DNA from: Candidatus Zixiibacteriota bacterium | Lineage (GTDB): Bacteria > Zixibacteria > MSB-5A5 > GN15 > JAAZOE01 | NCBI GenBank assembly: GCA_043819555.1 | Contig: JBDREQ010000078.1 | Coordinates: 1-54,047, forward strand | Length of the DNA stretch: 54,047 nt | Direction of reading: 5' to 3' | Shown here: positions 9,146 through 20,103 of the stretch, in pieces | Layout: every line of letters begins with the position of its first letter | How positions within the stretch are numbered: position 1 is the stretch's first letter | Notes under the pieces: model-generated | Databases searched by the model: none | What the model saw: the letters and a program-made list of their open reading frames with translations, nothing else | What the model was told of the DNA's origin: nothing | Made by a program: the position numbers and the translations under genes

Positions 9146-10585
9146 TTAACTTTTCCTGAATACTGAGATAACTTCGCGCCATACTTCTCGGCAAAAAACA
9201 AATGTCCCCAAAATATAAATCGCACCACCGATGATAATTAGAAGTATTAATTGCAGGAAAAGGTTCATCTGAGTCGGGCCGAGTAAGAATTTCGCCAGAT
9301 AAACACCGCCATACATAATCCCACCCCAAAGGAAGGGCGCCGATAAAATACTTAAATAGTTTTTTATATTTAATCCCGCCGCAGGTAACACTTGAGATAA
9401 CATATATATAAACCAGATTGAATAAGCAATGATCCAGGCCATACTAACGCCTGTGAGTCCCCATTTAATTCCGATTAAAAATGAAGCCGGCATAATGATA
9501 CAGGCCACAAATAAGGTTTTGGCATTTATATCCGGCCGTCCGATGCCATTTATGGCGGGAGTCAAAGACACATTGAGCGCCCGGAGTGGAATAACCAGAC
9601 TGATCAATTGCAGAGGAATAATACTCGGAAACCATTTTTCCTTGAGAATAACCTGAACCATTTCGGGAGCGACGCAGGATATGCCGAAAAAAATCGGAAC
9701 GCCAACAAAACATATAGCACGGCCCGTCATTTTAACATAACGGGCAACCAATTCTTTATTATCCTGTATTTTTGAATAAGCCGGCAGTCCCACCTGGCTC
9801 ATCATAAGGCCGACTTTCTGGAGAGGCATTGTCGCGATATGCATGGCTACCGAATAATATCCCAAAATGTTTGAGCCAAGCAAACGACCGACAATGAAAA
9901 CATCGGCTTGAGTATAAATGTACCACAAAATTCTCTGTAGCGATATAAGTCCGCCAAATTTGGCTGCCCCGCCGAAACCTTTGAAATTAAAACTGGGCAT
10001 CTTAAAAAACGGATGGGCAATATTGATTCCGATGCTTTGAACCGCCGCTCTGACTAAACTCCCAATTACTAAGGCCCAAATGCCATAACCATTCCAGGCC
10101 ATGAAAAGAGTTGCGAGACCGCTTATCAATTCAGCAAAAATTGAGACAATTGAGATTGCTTTAAAATTCATATTACGCTGGAGAATCGAAGTGGGAATTA
10201 CGAAAAAGATCATGATTGGAAATTGTAAAGACAAAATCGGGATTATACTTGTCAGGCGGGGTTCATCGTATATAGACGCGATGATACCCGACCCTAAAAG
10301 CAAGACTAATAAAATTATTCCATTTAGGACAATCACTAATCCAAAAGTCTGCTTTAACATTTTTTCGGATAAATCTTTGATCTGAACAAGAGCAGCGCCC
10401 AATCCCATCTCATTGAGCATTAAACACAAAGCGACAAAAACCATCGCCATCGCCAGAAGGCCATAATCATCGGGATTCAGAAGGCGCATGACATAGATGG
10501 TAATCACCCAGTTGATTATCTGGGTCCCCAGCTTGGCGCCGGAGCTCCATTTTATTCCATGTATGACGCTTGCTTTAAGATCCAA
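9146..10585 (-). CDS. wzx: Polysaccharide flippase (Wzx, PST family)
   Basis: Multi-TM 479 aa protein with RLLNPDDYGLLAMA, D.FIVGRLLG...LGYYS.A and PAYSKIQ signatures. Confidence 0.9.
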   Translation of the reverse strand: MDLKASVIHGIKWSSGAKLGTQIINWVITIYVMRLLNPDDYGLLAMAMVFVALCLMLNEMGLGAALVQIKDLSEKMLKQTFGLVIVLNGIILLVLLLGSGIIASIYDEPRLTSIIPILSLQFPIMIFFVIPTSILQRNMNFKAISIVSIFAELISGLATLFMAWNGYGIWALVIGSLVRAAVQSIGINIAHPFFKMPSFNFKGFGGAAKFGGLISLQRILWYIYTQADVFIVGRLLGSNILGYYSVAMHIATMPLQKVGLMMSQVGLPAYSKIQDNKELVARYVKMTGRAICFVGVPIFFGISCVAPEMVQVILKEKWFPSIIPLQLISLVIPLRALNVSLTPAINGIGRPDINAKTLFVACIIMPASFLIGIKWGLTGVSMAWIIAYSIWFIYMLSQVLPAAGLNIKNYLSILSAPFLWGGIMYGGVYLAKFLLGPTQMNLFLQLILLIIIGGAIYILGTFVFCREVWREVISVFRKS

Positions 10586-10632
10586 TGGTTAACCTATAGA
10601 TAGAATGATGCTTTTGATTAATTTATAAAAGT

Positions 10633-11829
10633 TTAAGTGTTTATCAAATCCGAGATTTTTCGCATCTGATCGTCAAAAATCACATTCCAATCATGGCGAT
10701 TCAGGATGTCGGACACCATATCCGCGTCTGGTGAAAACTCCCCGGAGATGATTTTGCCGGCGCCATCAATAAACTGCTCATCATCCCGAGCAACCAAAAT
10801 CGCCCCCTCGAACGGTAAAATCTCGGGCATATCAATTGAAATCACCGGCAATCCCGCAGCCAGATATTCATATATTTTCAAAGGATTCACTTTTTCAGAA
10901 ATGCCAACTCGTTTGAAAGGATTAATGCCGCAGTCAAAACCCTTGAGATATCCAGGCAACTCCTCAAGTTTCTTTTTTCCGAGAAAATACACATTTCCTA
11001 TGGATTTAAGCATTTCAATATGGGGTCCCGGAACGGCGGGGCCAACAAGAGCGATATTATATTCGGGGTAACGCTCGGCGATTTTTCCAATCAATTCAAA
11101 ATCGATCCATTTTGAAAGTGCTCCAACAAATCCAATCCGGGGTCCGGGTATAGCCGACAGGTCATCCGGAATCTTAGTCTCATCAAGCAGCGCCCGTGAG
11201 AAATGGCTGACTTCCGCGCCATTCGGCGAGAAATACATTTTATCATTCAGATGTTTTCGATCTTCATATAATCCGCGCGCGGTAACGAAAACAATATCAG
11301 CCCGCGACGTCAGATCAAGATCCATCTCATGAACCACGCGAGCGGCTTCAGTCGTATAGCCGATTGTTTCCGAATGCTCATCGACGCAATCATAAACCAG
11401 GATGGATTCATCGAAGCTGCCCCTCATTCGTAAAAACGGAGAATGGGCATGAATTACCGGAGTATAGGTGAATAATACCGGCTTTTGGAATTTTAATTTG
11501 CGGGTATGCTTCCGTATTGAATTGACGTATCTCCTGAAATTTAAATCCCTCATAAACGCAAACCGAGCCAGCGGCAATCTTCCCGGAGGTTTCAATATCC
11601 ATAAGTTTTTCTCAATTTCCTGTATCAAATCGCTCCACTCGCCCTTGTTTCCCTCGGAAGCAAATGTGGTTTCGACCGGTTCCACATAAAGAACGCGATT
11701 GCCGGCCCGCGCCAGAATTGTCATTAACCTCTGTTTGCGAGTCCACATACCGGCATAGGGCATGCTCGAGACGCATATTATATCCTGATTTATCAGGGGT
11801 ACTTCACGGTTCGCGGATGAGTTCTTCAT
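10633..11829 (-). CDS. GT-B glycosyltransferase (GT4/TuaH-like)
   Basis: R.Q.LM, YDCVDEH and NPLKIYEYLAAGLPVIS motifs. ATG 11829 has a GAGGAG RBS. Confidence 0.9.
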   Translation of the reverse strand: MKNSSANREVPLINQDIICVSSMPYAGMWTRKQRLMTILARAGNRVLYVEPVETTFASEGNKGEWSDLIQEIEKNLWILKPPGRLPLARFAFMRDLNFRRYVNSIRKHTRKLKFQKPVLFTYTPVIHAHSPFLRMRGSFDESILVYDCVDEHSETIGYTTEAARVVHEMDLDLTSRADIVFVTARGLYEDRKHLNDKMYFSPNGAEVSHFSRALLDETKIPDDLSAIPGPRIGFVGALSKWIDFELIGKIAERYPEYNIALVGPAVPGPHIEMLKSIGNVYFLGKKKLEELPGYLKGFDCGINPFKRVGISEKVNPLKIYEYLAAGLPVISIDMPEILPFEGAILVARDDEQFIDGAGKIISGEFSPDADMVSDILNRHDWNVIFDDQMRKISDLINT

Positions 11830-12937
11830 ACAACTCCTCATATTTGCTTACCATTAATTTGAGAGACCAATTATCGATAATATTTTGCCTCGCCTTTAGT
11901 CCCATATCGGTTCGCAACTCTTGAGAATCTATTAGTTTTGCCAGAGAAATCACATAATTGTCCCGGTCTCCGGAATTTATTAAATATCCGTTTTCACCAT
12001 TGGTAATAATCGATGGGTTGCCTCCGACCGAGGTTGCCACGACCGGCAATCCGCATGACATCGCTTCCAGAATCGTCAAACTGATTCCTTCGCTTAGTGA
12101 ACTCAAAGTTGAAATGTCAGCCGCAGGAAGTATCCGTGGGACGTCATCGCGGTCTCCCAGAAATTTAATCTTATCGCTGAGGCCAAATAGCGATGTTTGT
12201 TGCTCCAAATCGTCGCGCAATGGTCCGTCGCCGATTATCATAAGCCTGGCCTGGGGATAATCTCTATTAATTTGTTTGAAGACATCAATAAGTAACCCAT
12301 GATTTTTGACCGGCGCCAGCCGGGCAACATTGGCGATAACGATTTCATCCTCAGTGTAACCTAATTCATTCCTGATATCAGCACGCTTGCCAATCGGCTG
12401 GAAGCGATCGGTGTCGATGCAATTATTGATGTTGATGATTTTCTTAGAGGGCAGACAAACCGTCTCGCTCAAATATCTTTGAAGAATAGCGCCAACAGCG
12501 ACAACTTTATCTGTCCACCGCATAGAATATTTATCCATCAATATTTTAAGTTTCTTATCGGGGAAAGTCCGCCCGTGTTCAGTATATATATGGCTTATAT
12601 CAGGAACGTGAGAACAGGCGATGGCGACTTTGAACCAGCAACCCGAATGAGAATGAATAATCTGACATCCGGATTGCTTTATAATCTTAATAAGTTGTGC
12701 CGGGTATAACATAGAAAATCCCGGCATCATCCTCCCGGCCAGTTTAGATTCAATGCCTATATCTGAGAGTTTTTTGGAAAGTGGACCAATTTTATCCAGG
12801 CAGAGAATCTTTATATTAAATCGATTTCTATTAACGCCCGAAGCTAAATTATAAATGATGTTTTCCATTCCGCCTGTTTCCGTTGACAGTACAACATGAA
12901 GTATGGAAATCGATTTTATATCTATGTTATCAGCCAT
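11804..12937 (-). CDS. GT4 glycosyltransferase
   Basis: GGME, TEHG, VARLAPVKNH and SLSEGISLTILEAMSCGLPVVAT motifs. Confidence 0.92.
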   Translation of the reverse strand: MADNIDIKSISILHVVLSTETGGMENIIYNLASGVNRNRFNIKILCLDKIGPLSKKLSDIGIESKLAGRMMPGFSMLYPAQLIKIIKQSGCQIIHSHSGCWFKVAIACSHVPDISHIYTEHGRTFPDKKLKILMDKYSMRWTDKVVAVGAILQRYLSETVCLPSKKIININNCIDTDRFQPIGKRADIRNELGYTEDEIVIANVARLAPVKNHGLLIDVFKQINRDYPQARLMIIGDGPLRDDLEQQTSLFGLSDKIKFLGDRDDVPRILPAADISTLSSLSEGISLTILEAMSCGLPVVATSVGGNPSIITNGENGYLINSGDRDNYVISLAKLIDSQELRTDMGLKARQNIIDNWSLKLMVSKYEELYEELIREP

Positions 12938-13033
12938 CAATCTCAAAATCCATTCTCAATAAACATTTTTCAAAGTTGTCATAATTATAATCTTTCATCG
13001 TTACTATCGGCAACGAGAATATTCCCGGATGTT

Positions 13034-14185
13034 TCATTCCCGGCTCTTTTCCCAAGCCGCTTTCTGGGTGCCTGTAATGTATTTTAACAGCCCCAAAATT
13101 GCGGCCAGATTTACGGCCGCAAAATAATACGGCACATAAAAAAGAAAATTAGTCAGACTTCGTCTTCCGACCCAACCGATTAAAGCCAAAAGATAGAACA
13201 CCGACTGTATCCCCAGCATCCATATATAAAAAGATATATCGGTATCTAATAGGCTAATATTGGACAGCAATAAGACTATCATAAATAAGCCCGACACCCA
13301 GCGGAGCAGTTTATGAGATATAAACATAAACGATAATTTCGGATAACTTACCGGATTGAGAAATAATCCCATGCGACGGATCATCAATTGAAATCCTCCG
13401 GCAATCATCCTGACTTTTCTATTGAATTCTCCGGAAACCGATGCAGCCGCGTCTTCATATCCAATCGCTTCCGGATCGTAAATCATGCGTTTTTTGCCAA
13501 GCAGACTTCGTGAAGCGAGAAACCAGTCGTCGGTAATTGTATCTGCCGGGATTTTATTAGCGTAGATACTTCTGATGGCATACATCGCCCCGTCAACGGT
13601 GATCATTGTCGCCCAGTTATTTTCGGCGGCATGAATTGCTTTCTCGTATTTCGAATAAATCGATTCTCCGGTAATCTCGCCCGCGGCGGATTTCAGGATA
13701 ACATTGCCGACAACCGCACCAATTGTCACATCACTGAAATTTCTAACCAGTTTTTTGACGGCATCCGGTTCAAACATCACATTGGCATCGGTCAATACAC
13801 ATATTTCGCCGGTACAGTTTTCAAAAGCGGTATTCAGCGCTGTCGCTTTGCCGCCCCGATTGGGATTAGCGATAAATTTCATTCTCGCATCGCTATAACC
13901 AGATACAATCTCATTTGTAGTGTCTCTCGATCCATCGGAAACAATTATAATCTCAAATTTATCAAATGGATAATCGCAGGACAGAGCGTTTTGGATTTTT
14001 TGCGCAATTATATTTTCTTCGTTGTAAGCGCATATTATCATGGAGATTTTCGGTAAGTTACCGGTTTGGAAATTTACCGTTCGTTTTGATCCTCCCAGAA
14101 CATATATCAAAACCGGATAACCAAAATAAACGTACAACAAAATTCCAAGGGATATCCAAAAGATGTAAAAAGCGGCTTGTTCCAT
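13034..14185 (-). CDS. GT2 glycosyltransferase with TM helices
   Basis: AYNEE, SDGS.D, GKATALN, TDAN and RK.R motifs. Probable start MEQAAF at 14185. Confidence 0.9.
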   Translation of the reverse strand: MEQAAFYIFWISLGILLYVYFGYPVLIYVLGGSKRTVNFQTGNLPKISMIICAYNEENIIAQKIQNALSCDYPFDKFEIIIVSDGSRDTTNEIVSGYSDARMKFIANPNRGGKATALNTAFENCTGEICVLTDANVMFEPDAVKKLVRNFSDVTIGAVVGNVILKSAAGEITGESIYSKYEKAIHAAENNWATMITVDGAMYAIRSIYANKIPADTITDDWFLASRSLLGKKRMIYDPEAIGYEDAAASVSGEFNRKVRMIAGGFQLMIRRMGLFLNPVSYPKLSFMFISHKLLRWVSGLFMIVLLLSNISLLDTDISFYIWMLGIQSVFYLLALIGWVGRRSLTNFLFYVPYYFAAVNLAAILGLLKYITGTQKAAWEKSRE

Positions 14186-14187
14186 AT

Positions 14188-16491
14188 TTATTCCAATATC
14201 CCCCGATAAATATCGAAATACCTTTCTGACCAGCAATCGACATCGTATTTAACTTTAAGTTTATCAAATGCCGCATCGGCGAATTGATGTCTCAACTGTT
14301 CATTGGCAATCAGTTTACTTAACGCATCAGCCAATTGGTCCGGAGCCGATGATTCGACCAAAAGCCCATCCCCATCGTCATCAATCAACGCCGTACTGCC
14401 CCCAACTGATGTGAGAACAAGAGGTATTCCCGAAGCCGCCGCTTCAAGAGCGGTCAAAGGAGTGCCTTCGGCCAGTGATGACAGACAGAAAATATCAATT
14501 GATTTGAAAAACGAACGCATATCATTCACATACCCGGGCACTAGAAGTTTATTGGCGACACCGTGTTCTTCGGCAGCCTTAAGTATCTTGTCCTTTTCTA
14601 GCCCCTCCCCGGCGATTACCAGGCAACATTTATTCAGAATATCTTCCGGTAATGCTGCCAGAGCCTTGACAAGATCAGGGTGAGCTTTTTCGGGAGATAA
14701 TCGCCCGGCGGTGCCTATTATAATTTTATCCGATGATAACCCCCAGCTTTCACGAAAATTCTTATCCGGCGGTTTTGAAAAATACTCAAAATCAATGGCA
14801 TTGGGAATCAGGGTCAGTTTATCTTCATCGATTCCCGAACTTGCTAAAGAATTAAAAACTCCATCCGAAACACAAATTACTTTATGGGTAAATCGTAATA
14901 CGAACCGATCCAACCTTTCGTTTCTTTTCAGTTTTTGATCGGCACTGGTGAAACCGTGTGAAGTTGCGACGATGGGGACACCGGTCAATTTAGACGCCAA
15001 AACTCCCACGATATCACTTTTGTATCCATGAGTATGAATAAGACTTATGTTATGCCGTTTTATAATTCGCATTAATGCCTTCACGTCCCGCATATCCCAG
15101 CGGCGATACATCGGAATCCGATCAACTATCGTATCCGTCGCGGCTATAGATTTCAAAAATTTGGTCCCGGTTCCGTCGGAGCCTCGTACAAACGAGGTGA
15201 CTCGCATCTCAAAGGGACAATGATTTTTACGGTCAATTAGATTCAATAAAACTTTTTCGGCTCCGGCTATTTCCATCGCGGCAATAACATGCATAATTGG
15301 GGGACGATCGGTCTTATTATATATTGGGTGAATAATCTTTTTGAATAAACTCTCTACTTTATCAGTCCGACTTGCCCATGAATTCTCGCGAGCGATACTG
15401 ATTTGTGATGACTTTGTTTCTACCGTCTTGCCCGATAATAGCTTTTCAATCCCCGATTCCATTTCATCGGTTGACTTGGTGATTGTCAAACCTTCGGCAT
15501 ATGGATAGACCGCAGGCAGATCGGTCGTTATCACCGGTTTACCGGAAGCCATATACTCAAGAAGTTTTAACGGATTAGCATTTATCGTAATTTCGGTGCG
15601 TTTGTAGGGTATGATGCAGACATCGAAATCCTTGAGATAGTTAGGCAACTTCAAATACGGTTTTGGCCCCAAGAGATGAACATTAGGGAGATTATCAATG
15701 AGAGAGGTATCAGTATCGCATGGACCGATAAGAACCAACGACCATTCCGGATGGCGAGTAAAAATATCCCGCAACATCTCAAAATCAAACCAATCCCGAA
15801 TCAATCCATAATAACCAATAATGGGTCCTTTTATATTCCGCAAATCATCCGGGATGTCCGAGTCAATTAATTTTTCTGTATTTGCGAAATGTTCAAAATC
15901 ACATCCGTGGGGCAGTTTATGAATTTGTGCGTTAAATCTTGATTTGGTTTCCACCAACCGATCGGAAACAACAAAAAGTAAATCGGATTGAACCAACAAC
16001 TGCCGTTCCAATGACGCAACTAATTCTTTATCGAACTGTGTGAATTCCGAAAACTCATCCCCAATATAATATACATTTGCTTTTTCACCCAGGGCATGAA
16101 GCATAATCGCCGCGGTCGGGCAGGACGACCATTGGATAAATGAGTCAATATTTTTCTTTTTTAAAAATCGTTTGATGTTGAACTTAAGAATTTGACGGTT
16201 CATCCATCGAATCAGAGAATACTTAAAGAGAGGAATAACCAACGGCGAGAGAACGTATATATTCGGTTCCACCTCTTTGACTCCGGAAAAGAACTTGCCA
16301 ATTTTTGAAAAAATCCGTCCGACATCACCTTTTGAAACAGTGGGAATGCGCAATCCGAGACTATCAACCCAAAGAATAGTATGATTGGACGACAGTTCCC
16401 GCATCAAATGCTGCGTCGATGACGGGAGCCGTCCCCAATCCTCGGCATAACATACAATGGCAATATTTTGGCAATTTTCGTTTTTGTTCAC
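14188..16491 (-). CDS. Bifunctional GT4-GT4 fusion glycosyltransferase
   Basis: N-half NPLKLLEYMASGKPVIT (TuaH-like), C-half IHTHGYKSD and SLAEGTPLTALEA. Probable GTG start 16491 (ORF-track start 16530). Confidence 0.88.
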   Translation of the reverse strand: MNKNENCQNIAIVCYAEDWGRLPSSTQHLMRELSSNHTILWVDSLGLRIPTVSKGDVGRIFSKIGKFFSGVKEVEPNIYVLSPLVIPLFKYSLIRWMNRQILKFNIKRFLKKKNIDSFIQWSSCPTAAIMLHALGEKANVYYIGDEFSEFTQFDKELVASLERQLLVQSDLLFVVSDRLVETKSRFNAQIHKLPHGCDFEHFANTEKLIDSDIPDDLRNIKGPIIGYYGLIRDWFDFEMLRDIFTRHPEWSLVLIGPCDTDTSLIDNLPNVHLLGPKPYLKLPNYLKDFDVCIIPYKRTEITINANPLKLLEYMASGKPVITTDLPAVYPYAEGLTITKSTDEMESGIEKLLSGKTVETKSSQISIARENSWASRTDKVESLFKKIIHPIYNKTDRPPIMHVIAAMEIAGAEKVLLNLIDRKNHCPFEMRVTSFVRGSDGTGTKFLKSIAATDTIVDRIPMYRRWDMRDVKALMRIIKRHNISLIHTHGYKSDIVGVLASKLTGVPIVATSHGFTSADQKLKRNERLDRFVLRFTHKVICVSDGVFNSLASSGIDEDKLTLIPNAIDFEYFSKPPDKNFRESWGLSSDKIIIGTAGRLSPEKAHPDLVKALAALPEDILNKCCLVIAGEGLEKDKILKAAEEHGVANKLLVPGYVNDMRSFFKSIDIFCLSSLAEGTPLTALEAAASGIPLVLTSVGGSTALIDDDGDGLLVESSAPDQLADALSKLIANEQLRHQFADAAFDKLKVKYDVDCWSERYFDIYRGILE

Positions 16492-16495
16492 AACC

Positions 16496-17026
16496 TCACC
16501 GCGACGATTTGATTGCCTTTTCCCTGTCACGCATGTCGATCTCTTCCTGAGTCAGCTGGCGTATAACTTTGGCCGGCACTCCGGCCGCAACGCTATACGG
16601 TGGAATACTCTTAGTCACCAGTGCATTGCACCCTATCTGGCTGTATTCGCCAATAGTAACACCCGGCATGACCGTTACGCAATGTCCCAGAAGAACTTTC
16701 CTTTTGATATGCACTGGAGCGACGATATGCGGTTCTCGCTGAGTATTATGCACAAAGATAGTACACCGCCAGCCAATCCCGACGCCCTCATCGATAGTAA
16801 CAAGTTCCGGGAAATTGTCTTCTATCCATGTCTCACGACATATATATGCAGGTTCATCGCCCATGGCGATATTTACCCCAATAAAACGATATATCCGGTT
16901 TCTCATTCTCCAGCCAAATACCCAGTCTCTGTTAAATTTGCTTATGATTTTAAATAACCAATCCCAACGCTCCAGTCTTTTGGGACGTTGTTTTCGGTAT
17001 TCGCTCATTATGTAATAATTTTCCAT
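16496..17026 (-). CDS. Hexapeptide-repeat O-acyltransferase
   Basis: VMPGVTIGEYSQIGCNALVTKSIPPYSVAAGVPAKVIR. Confidence 0.88.
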   Translation of the reverse strand: MENYYIMSEYRKQRPKRLERWDWLFKIISKFNRDWVFGWRMRNRIYRFIGVNIAMGDEPAYICRETWIEDNFPELVTIDEGVGIGWRCTIFVHNTQREPHIVAPVHIKRKVLLGHCVTVMPGVTIGEYSQIGCNALVTKSIPPYSVAAGVPAKVIRQLTQEEIDMRDREKAIKSSR

Positions 17027-17065
17027 AAAACCTCCGCATACTTTGCGTCGATTGCTTTTTTCTTG

Positions 17066-18235
17066 TTAATTCGCCGATTCCAAAAGGACAGCGATTTTAT
17101 CTATATCTTCGTCAGTAACTCCAAAATGAGTTGGCAATGTAATCAAAGCATTGGCCACTTTCGCGGCATTGGGACAATCACTATTATTGGTCATATCTGA
17201 CGATAGAGCAGGTATAGAGCTAACTGTTCCGGGATACAAACCTGAAATTCCAATCGCGTGGCCTTTTTTCAAAATCTTATCTCTTTTGACATTATCATAA
17301 ATTAAAATCGGCATCCTCAAATAGCATGGCTCCGCACCGGCAGGGATATCCGGCGAATCCACACCGCTAATACTTGATAAGGCAACCATGTATTTATTAG
17401 CGATTTTTATACGATCTTTATTAATCTGTTCAAGCCTTTCTATCATTATCTGTCCGCGGCGAGCCCTACTTTCAGGCATTTTGCAGATTGGGAAATCAGG
17501 ATCATAAATCGTCTCACCGATTTTGAGAAACGGTATGCCATCGGGTATCCAGTAATAACGCCGGTTGAATAATTTCTTATACGCTTTCAATTGCAGTCGA
17601 TCACTGACATTAGAATAGCTTTCTACCGACAGATTTGAAAATTGGAGTTTAAATTCCCTGAGTAATTCCTTATTCCTCACAATGGTTGCACCGCCGTGAA
17701 GAGTTGTTATGCATTTGCCTCGCCCAAAACTCAATACCGAGGCATCGCCAAAAGACCCAACCTTTCCTGATTTTACTTTCGCTCCCAAAGCTTGAGCGGC
17801 ATCATCAATCAGTATTACACCATTGTTTTTGCATATTTCTTCAACTCTCTCTATATATCCCGGCAGACCCAATAGATGTGTTACGATCACAGCACAGGTT
17901 TTTTCATTAATTGAATCTGAGAGGATTTCAGGATCAATACTCAGAGTATTTAATTCTATATCAATCGGTTTGACTTTCAAACCAGCTTTTATTATCGCTG
18001 ATGGTACCGACCAGCAAGTGTAGTCAGGTATGATTATTTCATTTCTATCTGGATAAATTTTCTTCAGTGACGCCAATAATAAAAACAAAGCCGCCCGGCC
18101 AGAATTAGTTAAAAACGTTTCACCACCCAATTTAGCGGAAATCATTCCGGCAAAATTAGATTCAACTGATGAGGCGTCCGCGTTTATAACAAGTTTGTCA
18201 ATCGGAACGCCTGTTGGAGGCAGTGTGTTAAACAT
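17066..18235 (-). CDS. DegT/DnrJ/EryC1/StrS-family PLP-dependent enzyme
   Basis: SGRAAL, IDDAAQALG, SFGRGK (PLP lysine) and LITLPTH. Confidence 0.88.
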   Translation of the reverse strand: MFNTLPPTGVPIDKLVINADASSVESNFAGMISAKLGGETFLTNSGRAALFLLLASLKKIYPDRNEIIIPDYTCWSVPSAIIKAGLKVKPIDIELNTLSIDPEILSDSINEKTCAVIVTHLLGLPGYIERVEEICKNNGVILIDDAAQALGAKVKSGKVGSFGDASVLSFGRGKCITTLHGGATIVRNKELLREFKLQFSNLSVESYSNVSDRLQLKAYKKLFNRRYYWIPDGIPFLKIGETIYDPDFPICKMPESRARRGQIMIERLEQINKDRIKIANKYMVALSSISGVDSPDIPAGAEPCYLRMPILIYDNVKRDKILKKGHAIGISGLYPGTVSSIPALSSDMTNNSDCPNAAKVANALITLPTHFGVTDEDIDKIAVLLESAN

Positions 18236-18241
18236 AATTCG

Positions 18242-19300
18242 TTATGGAAGCTTGGTTACGATTTTCGGGCCGATTAGATTTGCCAATGGCAATGGCATTT
18301 TTCGCCATAACCTAATAAGCATTTTAAATTTTGGGTTATGGGGGTTTAATTCCGGCAAAGAATCTTTGGCATAGAGATGATATTGCCAGACTTGCTCTTT
18401 GGGATTTTTTACCCATTGCTTTTTGAATCTAAATGTTCCGGCGCCTTCGCTACTGCGGCCAAAATCAAAAATCTTTGAGCCTCTTTCTATACATCGCTTG
18501 ATTATTTCCCAGTACATGAAATTGTTGGGGCAATATTTCAAATACTCCCGCCGGGCCGATGCTGACGGCACCGCTGAAAACTCTCGATAATGAAGAAGCA
18601 GGGCTGCGGCGATTGGTTCACCATTCATATCCACCAGAGCAATTTCCGACGTCTCACCAAAATACGCAAAGATTTCAGAAAACAGGCTCTTTGGCCAAAC
18701 CGGCGTCCCCAAATCTCTCATATTCCGGGCAAATATCTTGTAGAAATCATCCAACATATCGGTCGCACCAAATCTTACAATAAGGCCTGAATTTTCACCT
18801 TTTCTCACCTGATTGCGGGCTTTGGCATCGAATGATTGCCAGACTTCATCCTGACCCGCAGATAAATCAAGGTGAAATTCCCGCTTATCAAGCTTCTCTG
18901 TCAAATTGGGCAATCTTTGGCCGGCAGCCCGCATCTCCAGAAATTGACACCCAAGCTCTTGTGCATCTTTGCCGGCATTCGAAATTAATAACTCAGCAAT
19001 TTCCGTCGAATCGGCAACCGCTCCGCCATAATCCAGCCACGGAAGAGAAATCATATAGCGTCCGAAAAGCACACTCTTCAAATATATATTGGGAAAAATC
19101 CCAACGACTTTATTTTCGCATTCCGCCAAATAATAAAAGGGCGTTGCCCTGAACGAGTTTTGAAAAACAGCCCGCCATTCCCATCGGTGGCAAAATGTAC
19201 TGTGCGGATTTTGTTCGGCATATTCATTCCACCGTCGGCGATCATCAATTCCTGCCCGCCGAACAGTGGCCGTCTCTATGTTAACGGAACCGGCATTCAT
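18242..19300 (-). CDS. FemAB-like (double GNAT) protein of the type found in PEP-CTERM/exosortase loci
   Basis: ISLPWLDYGG, RNQVRKG, RNMRDLGTPV, FDFGRSS...GTFRFKKQW and WRKMPLPLANLIGP. Confidence 0.88.
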   Translation of the reverse strand: MNAGSVNIETATVRRAGIDDRRRWNEYAEQNPHSTFCHRWEWRAVFQNSFRATPFYYLAECENKVVGIFPNIYLKSVLFGRYMISLPWLDYGGAVADSTEIAELLISNAGKDAQELGCQFLEMRAAGQRLPNLTEKLDKREFHLDLSAGQDEVWQSFDAKARNQVRKGENSGLIVRFGATDMLDDFYKIFARNMRDLGTPVWPKSLFSEIFAYFGETSEIALVDMNGEPIAAALLLHYREFSAVPSASARREYLKYCPNNFMYWEIIKRCIERGSKIFDFGRSSEGAGTFRFKKQWVKNPKEQVWQYHLYAKDSLPELNPHNPKFKMLIRLWRKMPLPLANLIGPKIVTKLP

Positions 19301-20088
19301 TAATTATCACTGCCCATGATTTTACTATCGGTTTCGGTAATTATTTCACCATTGTCGGCGATTTTGAATTCATCTGAAATTGACTCTATCTTGCGCACGA
19401 CTTTGGCAGGATTGCCGGCTACAATCGACATCGGATGAACATCTTTGGATACAACCGAGTTAAGCGCTACAACGGATCCGCGTCCAACCGTCACTCCTTT
19501 TAGAATAACGGCATTAGCGCCTATCCAGACATCATCCTCGATTATTACCGGGGCAATATTCTCCTTTTCGACTGGTTTATTCTCCAGTCTGGCCTGCGGA
19601 TCGAGGGGATGATTATTATTGTCGTAAAACTGCGCCCCCATCGCTATCAAGACCCGATTGCCAATAGTTATTTTTTCGGCGCTGGAAAAAACTGTTGCAT
19701 ACCCAATGTATACATTATTGCCGATGATAATTTCTGGATTGTCATTGACCTTATACGAAACAATAAATGTTGCATTTCCAGATATTTTTACACTGTCTCC
19801 TACAGATACTGAGCCGTACCCAAGTATCAGCGGAAAATTGGACTCAAAATAAACGCCTTTTCCGACATGTTTGCAGCGGTAGCGAAACATCGGCTCATAA
19901 TAGAAAAACTGTTTGAATCTGCGCCACACAGTAATTCGGGCATTTCGTTCATGAAAATAAAAGGCACCAAAAAACCTGGAAAACGGCATTCTGATATTTC
20001 TGATTTTCAAGGCCAATTGATAAAGAAAGCGGTGATACCATTTTTCCTGGCGTCTGACACCGAGTAAAAAATTCTGTATTATGCTCAT
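19300..20088 (-). CDS. Hexapeptide-repeat O-acyltransferase
   Basis: IIEDDVWIGANAVILKGVTVG...VAGNPAKVV. Confidence 0.88.
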   Translation of the reverse strand: MSIIQNFLLGVRRQEKWYHRFLYQLALKIRNIRMPFSRFFGAFYFHERNARITVWRRFKQFFYYEPMFRYRCKHVGKGVYFESNFPLILGYGSVSVGDSVKISGNATFIVSYKVNDNPEIIIGNNVYIGYATVFSSAEKITIGNRVLIAMGAQFYDNNNHPLDPQARLENKPVEKENIAPVIIEDDVWIGANAVILKGVTVGRGSVVALNSVVSKDVHPMSIVAGNPAKVVRKIESISDEFKIADNGEIITETDSKIMGSDN

Positions 20089-20103
20089 GGTAAACTCAAC
20101 TTT

